Origin: an uncultured bacterium
GTDB lineage: Bacteria; Patescibacteriota; Minisyncoccia; Moranbacterales; UBA2206
Assembly: GCA_903831805.1 (NCBI GenBank)
Contig: CAIKZD010000017.1
Coordinates: 77,249-141,248, forward strand
Reading direction: 5' to 3'
DNA length: 64,000 nucleotides
In this document: one piece after another, positions 1 through 6,926 of the stretch
How the letters are laid out: every line of letters begins with the position of its first letter
Numbering within the stretch: the stretch's first letter is position 1
The notes under the pieces: generated by a model
What the model was told of the DNA's origin: nothing
The model's database searches: none
What the model saw: the letters and a program-made list of their open reading frames with translations, nothing else
Made by a program: the position numbers and the translations under genes

Positions 1-10
1 AATTTTTGGC

Positions 11-1981
11 GTGGTGGTTTATTTTTTGGGCTTAGTCTCATCGGCGCTTTTGGCGTTTTTCGGCCAGTCTTTCAAAAAAGGTGCGCACCTGTTCATTTTT
101 TCTAACGCCATAGGATTTTTATCCGGGCTGGGATATCTTTTAGCTAACCCAGAAGATAATTTTGTGTTAGCCCATTTCACTTGGTTCTTCCAATTCGCGC
201 CGCGCTTGAATTTTTTGGCGGCCATTTTCTTTTTGGTTATCAGTGGCGTGTCTTTTCTGGTGGGAGTGTATAGTTTGCGCTATCTGGAGCTATACGAAAA
301 AGAATATGATCCACGCTTAGTGCAATTCCTGATGGCTTTTTTTGTTTTAGGGATGCAGGGCGTGCTTCTGGCCAACAATACTTTTGCCTTCCTCTTTTTT
401 TGGGAAGTGATGTCGATGACTTCTTTCTTTTTAGTCATGACCGACAAGAAACCAGAATCAATCCAAGCCGCTTTTCTCTATTTCATCATGACGCACTTGG
501 GCGCGTCAGCCATTTTGGGAGGTTTTTTGATTTTGGGCGGCGGATCATTTATTTTTAATTTGAGTGACATCCACAACGCTTCGCTCAATCTTTCGCCGGC
601 GATGCGCGCCATGGCGTTCTTGCTTTTTGTGTTCGGTTTCGGTTCCAAAGCCGGGCTGGTGCCGTTTCATGTGTGGCTACCGGAAGCTCATCCGCAAGCG
701 CCCAGTAATATCTCAGCCATGATGAGCGGCTTGATGTTGAAAATTGCCGTGTATGGTTTTATTACCATCATGCTAAATCTCGCCCATGTTCCAGCTTGGG
801 CGGGTCTGATCGTGCTATTTCTGGGTCTCTTGTCCGGCGTGGTGGGGGCCTTGTACGCGGCCGTGGAAAGAGATATGAAAAAAGCTTTGGCGTATAGCAG
901 TATCGAAAATATGGGCATTATTTTTACGATGTTGGGGCTGGCAGTGTATTTGTTAGCCTTGGACAACTATACGCTTATCGCCTATTCGATTATGGCCTTT
1001 GCCATTTTCCATGCTATAAGTCATGCGTTCTTCAAAACGGCGCTATTCCTCAGCAGCGGAGTGGTGATAAATCGTGTGCACACCAAAAGTTTGGAAATGA
1101 TGGGCGGCTTGGCCAAACTGATGCCGTTTTTCAGTTTTGCCTTTTTGTTGGCTATTCTGGCTTCATTGCCATTGCCATTGTTTGGCACCTTCTATGGCGA
1201 GTGGGGACTGATCCAGAATATTTTGTCTTTATTGGGCGAGGCAAGGATGGGCGCTGGATCTCTCATCGTCCTGCTTATTATTCTTTCGGTCGTGGCACTG
1301 ATCAGCGGGTTGGCCATTTTCGCCATGGTAAAAGTTTTCGCGATGTCGATGTTGGGCTTGCCGCACAATCTGCCTACGGAAAAAAGAGCAGAAAAAAGGG
1401 ATTATCTTTTAGTCACTCCTATCTTATCCTTAGGAGCTGGCGTTCTGTTGCTCGGGTTTTTGGCTAAATTTTTTATCCCACATATAATTATCAGTCTACA
1501 GGCCAGTTCTTCTTTGACGCCGCTGCCGATTTTTTCTCCGGTGCCGCTGAAACTTTCTTCCATGGCGGTTTCCGGTGCAATCATAGTTTTTGGACTGCTG
1601 ATATACCTGGGCCAGAAAATTTTTATGACTAGCAAGCGAGAAAGATTTTATCACACCTGGGATTGCGGCCAAGCCATTGACGCAACGATGCAATATAGTG
1701 CCACCGCCTTTTCTGCGCCCATCAGATTTTTCTTCTTGACTTTCATCGGTCGGAAAAAAATAATGCAATCAGTTGCAGTTCTAGAAACTAATCCATGGAT
1801 TAGGAAATATAATTTTCGCTTATCTATTCGTCCGAATTGGAGTCATATATTTTACGAACCGATTGCGAAAGGCTTGCTCATAGTGGCGAAAAAAATCCGT
1901 TTCATCCAAAATGGGCGCATCCAATATTATATTTTGTTTTTACTCCTTGCTCTAATTGGCACTTTAATTTTCGCTTTATGA
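11..1981 (+). CDS. hyfB: Hydrogenase-4 component B-like antiporter subunit (NuoL/MrpA-D family) of an Ehr complex; start may lie upstream of the window
   Basis: Polytopic membrane protein with FFWEVMS, GSKAGLVPFHVWLPEAHPQAPS, LAYSSIENMG, WDCG and MQYSATAFSAP motifs; frame is open back to the window edge. Confidence 0.88.
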   Translation: MVVYFLGLVSSALLAFFGQSFKKGAHLFIFSNAIGFLSGLGYLLANPEDNFVLAHFTWFFQFAPRLNFLAAIFFLVISGVSFLVGVYSLRYLELYEKEYDPRLVQFLMAFFVLGMQGVLLANNTFAFLFFWEVMSMTSFFLVMTDKKPESIQAAFLYFIMTHLGASAILGGFLILGGGSFIFNLSDIHNASLNLSPAMRAMAFLLFVFGFGSKAGLVPFHVWLPEAHPQAPSNISAMMSGLMLKIAVYGFITIMLNLAHVPAWAGLIVLFLGLLSGVVGALYAAVERDMKKALAYSSIENMGIIFTMLGLAVYLLALDNYTLIAYSIMAFAIFHAISHAFFKTALFLSSGVVINRVHTKSLEMMGGLAKLMPFFSFAFLLAILASLPLPLFGTFYGEWGLIQNILSLLGEARMGAGSLIVLLIILSVVALISGLAIFAMVKVFAMSMLGLPHNLPTEKRAEKRDYLLVTPILSLGAGVLLLGFLAKFFIPHIIISLQASSSLTPLPIFSPVPLKLSSMAVSGAIIVFGLLIYLGQKIFMTSKRERFYHTWDCGQAIDATMQYSATAFSAPIRFFFLTFIGRKKIMQSVAVLETNPWIRKYNFRLSIRPNWSHIFYEPIAKGLLIVAKKIRFIQNGRIQYYILFLLLALIGTLIFAL

Positions 1982-3573
1982 ACCCCATCATTGCCACGTT
2001 GATCCAACTGATTTTTGTTCTGCTCGTTGCGCCATATGCTGCGGGTTTGGTGAAATTTTTGAAAGCCCGCTTACAAGGTCGGGACGGCGCGTCACCTTTT
2101 TTATTCTACGTGATGCTTTTCACCTTGCTGCGAAAAGAAATGGTGATCTCGGAAACCGCTTCGTGGATTTTTCGCGCGGTGCCGTTTGTGGTTTTTGGCA
2201 GTACGGTTTTTTTGGCGGCTATCTTGCCGCTTATCTTTACGGGAGCATATCTTGCACCCCTCAGTGATTTTTTGGTGGTGGCGGGCGTGTTGGCTGTGGG
2301 GTCAATATTTTTAGTCTTGGGCGGCCTGGATACTGGCAGCGCTTTTGGCGGGATGGGGTCGAGCCGAGAAATGACCATTGCCACTCTCCTCGAGCCGGTT
2401 ATAGTTATGGTTTTTGCCACTATCAGCTTTGCCACTAAGCAAGCTACCCTGGATGGCATGCTTCGCGTGCAAACCGGTTTTCATCCTTACCTGATTTTGA
2501 CAATCGCGGCGTTAATCCTAGTGGCCTTGGCGGAAAACGCGCGCTATCCGGTGGATAATCCCGCGACGCACTTGGAATTAACGATGGTGCATGAAGCCAT
2601 GATCTTGGAATACAGCGGGAAATATTTAGCTCTTCTGGAATATGCGGCAGCTATAAAATTAGCGGTCTTTTCTTTGCTGATTGCTAATTTTATTTTTCCA
2701 GCGTCACTCATTGGGGCGCCAGCCTTGGGCGGCGGCGCAATAGCTGCCGGATTATTTTGGAGTACGATAAAAATCATAGCGGTCATGATGGCTTTGGCGG
2801 CTTTGGAATCAGTTTTGACCAAGATGCGCTTTTATCGCATGTCGGAATATTTTTCTATTGCATATGTCGTGGCATTTCTCGGAATGATTACGGTTCTGCT
2901 CGCGACCTTTACGGAAGTCTCTTTGCAATATCACACTTTGTTTTCTCTTTTAACTGTCGTATGCGTGGTGTTGCTTTTCGGCAAAGTGCGCCTGAAAGCT
3001 ATTTTGCGCTACTACGCTGTTTCTTCTTTGGCCATCGCCGCTCTGGCTTGGAGTCTGGTGTCACTCGCTCCGGCCGAAGAAAAAATGCATCTGTGGTTAT
3101 TTGCGATTTTCACCATCCTTACTAAAACTTTCGCCGTGCCTTATGTGATCAATCGGTCCAGCCACGCTAAAAAAAGTCTCACTAACTTATCATCATTCCT
3201 CCGTCCAGGGAAAAGTTATTTCCTGGCAGTGGCGCTTCTAGTGGTGACTTATTTCGTCTTAAGACACATCTCGATCACCGGTCTCATCAGATGGAATTCA
3301 TTGCTGTACGCTTCCATAACCCTCATTGTTTTAGGTATTGCGATGATGATTATTAAGAAAAATATATTTTCTCAGATCGTGGGACTTTTGATTATTGAAA
3401 ATGGAATTGCGGTTTTCGTGCTGGCCACCATTGGCTCCCTCCCTATTGTTATTGAGTTTGGAATTTTTGCTGTGACCGTCGTGACTGCCTATATTCTGGC
3501 TATCCTGAGTGCCCGCATTGCGGAGCTTTGCGGCAGTGCGGACACGGACGATTTGCGCGGACTAACTGAATAA
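1978..3573 (+). CDS. hyfC: Fused HyfC (NuoH-like) + HyfE membrane subunit
   Basis: ATG at 1978 overlaps the hyfB stop (ATGA). KARLQGRDG, GMGSSRE and ENARYPVDNPATHLELTMVHEAMILEYSG are HyfC motifs; C-terminal SQIVGLLIIENGI is HyfE-like. Confidence 0.85.
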   Translation: MNPIIATLIQLIFVLLVAPYAAGLVKFLKARLQGRDGASPFLFYVMLFTLLRKEMVISETASWIFRAVPFVVFGSTVFLAAILPLIFTGAYLAPLSDFLVVAGVLAVGSIFLVLGGLDTGSAFGGMGSSREMTIATLLEPVIVMVFATISFATKQATLDGMLRVQTGFHPYLILTIAALILVALAENARYPVDNPATHLELTMVHEAMILEYSGKYLALLEYAAAIKLAVFSLLIANFIFPASLIGAPALGGGAIAAGLFWSTIKIIAVMMALAALESVLTKMRFYRMSEYFSIAYVVAFLGMITVLLATFTEVSLQYHTLFSLLTVVCVVLLFGKVRLKAILRYYAVSSLAIAALAWSLVSLAPAEEKMHLWLFAIFTILTKTFAVPYVINRSSHAKKSLTNLSSFLRPGKSYFLAVALLVVTYFVLRHISITGLIRWNSLLYASITLIVLGIAMMIIKKNIFSQIVGLLIIENGIAVFVLATIGSLPIVIEFGIFAVTVVTAYILAILSARIAELCGSADTDDLRGLTE

Positions 3574-3641
3574 TTTATTTTAAGTTTAGGACTTAAACAT
3601 TTTGCCGACTGCAAATGCGTAAGTCTTATAGCTAATTTTTT

Positions 3642-5147
3642 ATGAATCTCTTTTTCTTAAGCCTTCCATTCCTAGTCGCTTTTCTTTCTGCGGTCGTCGC
3701 CAAGACGGAAAAAGTAGCACGGAGAAGTAGCCTAGTCTTTTCGGTGATTGGCGGGCTGGCCTCAATTTTTTTCGCTTGGCCGTATCTCTTTAATCCCCAA
3801 AGCCAATTGCTGGGGACGTGGTTCCGGATGGACAGTTTTTCGGCTTTGATGGTTCTGCTCATCGCGTGCATATATATTTTTGCCTTGATCGTGAGCGTGC
3901 GCTACATCGGACATGAGTATGGCGAAAAAATTATTACTTTTTCCCAATACAAAATGTATTTTGCACTCTTCCAGCTGTTCGTGCTTTGCATGCTGGTGGT
4001 TGTTTTGACCAATAATGTACTGTTACTCTGGCTGGCACTGGAAGGCACGACGCTGTCGTCCACTTTTCTGGTGGGATTGTATCGTAAAAAAACCAGTATG
4101 GAGGCGGCTTGGAAATATATGATTATCTGTTCTACGGGCATCAGTCTTGGGCTTTTGGGTATTTTGCTTTTAAGTTACGGAGCCCACGTCGGTGGCGTAG
4201 CGGAAGGCAATATTTTTCTTTTGAATAAATTGGCGGAAAGTGCGCATCTCATACCGATAAATATTATCAAATTGGCTTTCATCTTTATCTTTATTGGGTT
4301 TGGCACTAAAATCGGCTTGGCGCCGATGCACACCTGGCTGCCGGACGCGCACAGCAAAGCGCCATCACCCATCTCGGCCATTTTTTCTGCCGTACTTTTG
4401 ACGGTGGCGCTTTATGCCGTTTTGCGTTTCAAATTTATTGCTGACAATGCTTTTTTGAGTTCGGTTTGGACGAATCATTTATTTTTGATTTTTGGCTTTC
4501 TTTCCATCATGCTTGCGGCGCTTATGATGCTTATTCAAACCAATTATAAAAGGATGTTGGCCTATTCGAGCATTGAACATATGGGCATCATCATTTTTTC
4601 TGTTGGACTCTCGCCGCTTGGTGCGGTGGCTGCCCTCATGCATATACTGGGACATACTTTTGCTAAGTCGATGTTATTCTTCGGAGCAGGAGAAATTTTG
4701 ATTCGTTGGAAAACTACCAAGATCGCCAAGATAAAAAATATGTTCGAAGAGGCGAGATATACCAGTATACTCTTTCTTTTGGGCATCGTTATGATTGTGG
4801 CTATCCCGCCGTCCGCTTTGTTCGTGAGTGAATATGCCATGTTCGCTCAAGTGATTGTTTTGCATCCGGTGGTGTCCATTCTTTTGTTCATCGCCTTGGG
4901 CATCATCGCTTACGCTATGCTTTCACTCAGCGTGAAAATGATTTTTGCGAAGGAGCCCGCCTCCGCTACGAGTTCTGGCGCGGCGAAGCCCGCCCTCGCT
5001 GAAGCTACGGTGGGCAAGGAAAAATGGAATGTTACGCACACCATCATGAGCGTGGAATTGTGCATGGTAGTGTTTTTGGCTTGGTGGCTTACGACGCCGG
5101 GATCGATGGGTGTTCTCGGCAATATAACGAAAACTTTTATTTATTAA
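3642..5147 (+). CDS. hyfF: Hydrogenase-4 component F-like antiporter subunit
   Basis: WLALEGTTLSS, EAAWKY, GTKIGLAPMHTWLPDAHSKAPSPISA, KRMLAYSSIEHMG. Confidence 0.88.
   Translation: MNLFFLSLPFLVAFLSAVVAKTEKVARRSSLVFSVIGGLASIFFAWPYLFNPQSQLLGTWFRMDSFSALMVLLIACIYIFALIVSVRYIGHEYGEKIITFSQYKMYFALFQLFVLCMLVVVLTNNVLLLWLALEGTTLSSTFLVGLYRKKTSMEAAWKYMIICSTGISLGLLGILLLSYGAHVGGVAEGNIFLLNKLAESAHLIPINIIKLAFIFIFIGFGTKIGLAPMHTWLPDAHSKAPSPISAIFSAVLLTVALYAVLRFKFIADNAFLSSVWTNHLFLIFGFLSIMLAALMMLIQTNYKRMLAYSSIEHMGIIIFSVGLSPLGAVAALMHILGHTFAKSMLFFGAGEILIRWKTTKIAKIKNMFEEARYTSILFLLGIVMIVAIPPSALFVSEYAMFAQVIVLHPVVSILLFIALGIIAYAMLSLSVKMIFAKEPASATSSGAAKPALAEATVGKEKWNVTHTIMSVELCMVVFLAWWLTTPGSMGVLGNITKTFIY
4956..5019. repeat. 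Two tandem REP-like palindromic units inside hyfF
   Basis: cccgcctccgctacgagttctggcgcggcgaag and cccgccctcgctgaagctacggtgggcaagg; a related copy lies at 6885-6918. Confidence 0.65.
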
Positions 5148-5168
5148 AAAAATAGCAATTAACAGCAT

Positions 5169-6731
5169 ATGACTATCCAAGAAATTATTGCAGAATTTAA
5201 GGAAAAAATAACTATCGTCAGTGAGAAAAGCGATTTGATAGAAGCTAAAGTTTCTCGGGACGACTTAGCTGAGGTGGCGACAGCTCTGTTTCATGATCAT
5301 AAATTACCATTGTCCCTGATGTTCGCCACGGACAACCGTACGGAAGACGGTAGTTTTGGAGTGCATACTGTTTTCAGTGTTCCCGCCGAAAAGAAGTGGC
5401 TGAAAATTTCGGTGGAAGTTCCGGCTTCTGATCCGCAATATCCCGCGCTCACCAGAACTATTATGGCGGCGCATTGGTATGAAAGATATTTGCGCGACAT
5501 GTTCGGCATCACGCCCGTTGGCCATCCTGATTTGCGCCGTTTGGTGCAGCATGAAAATATGCCAGAAGGCATTCATCCATTGTGCAAGGATTTCTTGTGG
5601 AACACTAAGTTGGAAAAAGCTAATGTGCCGTATCCGATGCATCATGTGACTGGTGACGGGATTTTTGAAATTCCGGTCGGACCGATCCATGCCGGTATCA
5701 TTGAGCCGGGCCATTTTCGTTTCAATGTGGCCGGCGAAAGAATTTTAACCTTGGAAGGCAAACTATTTTTTACGCATAAAGGCGTGGAAAAATTGTTGGA
5801 AGGCAAGAATATCATGGAGGCACTGCCGTTCATTGAAAGGATTTCTGGTGACGCAGCGGCTTCGCACGCTTTAGCGTACTGCGAAGCGGTGGAGAAAATC
5901 GCCGGTTGCGCGGTCCCGCGGCGGGCGCAAATGTTGCGCGCAATTCTCACCGAATGCGAAAGAATCACTATGCACATTCATGACCTGGCCAATATCGGTG
6001 GCATGGGCACGGGGTATAGTTTTATCGCAGCTAATGGTTTTCGTATCAAGGAAAGAATGATGCGTCTTTCGCAAGAGATTTGCGGCAATCGTTTTTGGCG
6101 CGGCCTGATTGTCCCGGGCGGGATAAAAAAAGATATCACTGATGAGGATTTGAAAAAAATATTAAACGTATCTCAAGCGGCCTGGAAAGAAATGGAAAAA
6201 ATTACCATCATCGCGCTCGACAGCGAAGGCTTTTTGGATCGCTTGCAATATACGGGCGAACTGCCAAAAGAGGCGGCCGAAGCCTTTGGGGCGGTCGGTC
6301 CGGCGGCGCGCGCGTCCAAGGTCAGTCGCGATGTGCGGCGCGATCATCCTTATGCCTCTTACGCCGAATTTCCGATCAAAGTCATCACTAAAAAAAGTCT
6401 GGATGTTTTTGCGCGTTATCGTATGCGGATTAAAGAGATTGAACAATCACTGGTTCTGATGCAAACTTTAGTGGAAAAAATGCCAGCTGGAGATATTATG
6501 GAAAAAGTGGCAGTGCGCGATGGCTTTGCACTTGGCGCCGTGGAATCATGGCGCGGAGAAATCATCTGTGCGCTGCAAATTAAAAACGGCGTGATTGAAA
6601 GATGTGTGCCGCGTGATCCCTCTTTTTGCAACTGGGCCCTCTTCGGCATTATGGGTCCCGGCAACATCGTGCCGGATTTCCCACTCATCAACAAAAGTTT
6701 GAATCTGTCCTATTCCGGGACGGACTTGTAA
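5169..6731 (+). CDS. hyfG: HyfG/HycE-like large subunit (NuoC+NuoD-like) lacking NiFe-binding cysteines (Ehr large subunit)
   Basis: WYERYLRDMFGI..GHPDLRRL, VGPIHAGIIEPGHFRF, HKGVEKL; L1 reads RISGD and the C-terminus reads KSLNLSYSGTDL, with no CxxC. Confidence 0.88.
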   Translation: MTIQEIIAEFKEKITIVSEKSDLIEAKVSRDDLAEVATALFHDHKLPLSLMFATDNRTEDGSFGVHTVFSVPAEKKWLKISVEVPASDPQYPALTRTIMAAHWYERYLRDMFGITPVGHPDLRRLVQHENMPEGIHPLCKDFLWNTKLEKANVPYPMHHVTGDGIFEIPVGPIHAGIIEPGHFRFNVAGERILTLEGKLFFTHKGVEKLLEGKNIMEALPFIERISGDAAASHALAYCEAVEKIAGCAVPRRAQMLRAILTECERITMHIHDLANIGGMGTGYSFIAANGFRIKERMMRLSQEICGNRFWRGLIVPGGIKKDITDEDLKKILNVSQAAWKEMEKITIIALDSEGFLDRLQYTGELPKEAAEAFGAVGPAARASKVSRDVRRDHPYASYAEFPIKVITKKSLDVFARYRMRIKEIEQSLVLMQTLVEKMPAGDIMEKVAVRDGFALGAVESWRGEIICALQIKNGVIERCVPRDPSFCNWALFGIMGPGNIVPDFPLINKSLNLSYSGTDL

Positions 6732-6756
6732 AAATATAATAACAGTGTATTTACAT

Positions 6757-6784
6757 CGCGGAGCTTTCGAGCCCCGCGTTTTTT
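6757..6784 (+). terminator. Rho-independent terminator of the Ehr operon
   Basis: cgcggagct-ttcg-agccccgcg hairpin followed by a T run. Confidence 0.75.
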
Positions 6785-6836
6785 ATGTACTTACACGCAT
6801 ACCCACCTCCATACCCACACGCTCACCTCGTTTTAC

Positions 6837-6865
6837 TTGAAAAACGCGGCTAAGTGGGGTAAAAT
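6837..6865 (+). promoter_or_regulatory. Sigma70-type promoter of leuS
   Basis: TTGAAA-N17-TAAAAT. Confidence 0.6.
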
Positions 6866-6884
6866 AGAAAAGTAGACAAATTCA

Positions 6885-6918
6885 CCCGCCTTCGCCAATA
6901 GGCTATGGCGTGGCAAGG
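6885..6918. repeat. REP-like palindrome in the leuS leader (same family as the hyfF insert)
   Basis: cccgccttcgccaataggctatggcgtggcaagg. Confidence 0.6.
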
Positions 6919-6926
6919 TCAACTTT

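Noticed and set aside
1837-1977. ORF-track upstream extensions of hyfC (and of yvcK from 10130)
   Set aside because: They overlap the upstream genes; ATGA-coupled starts at 1978 and 10193 fit the family N-termini better.
5169-6731. Functional [NiFe]-hydrogenase / formate hydrogenlyase
   Set aside because: Both CxxC metal-binding motifs are absent and no maturation or fdh genes are in the window.
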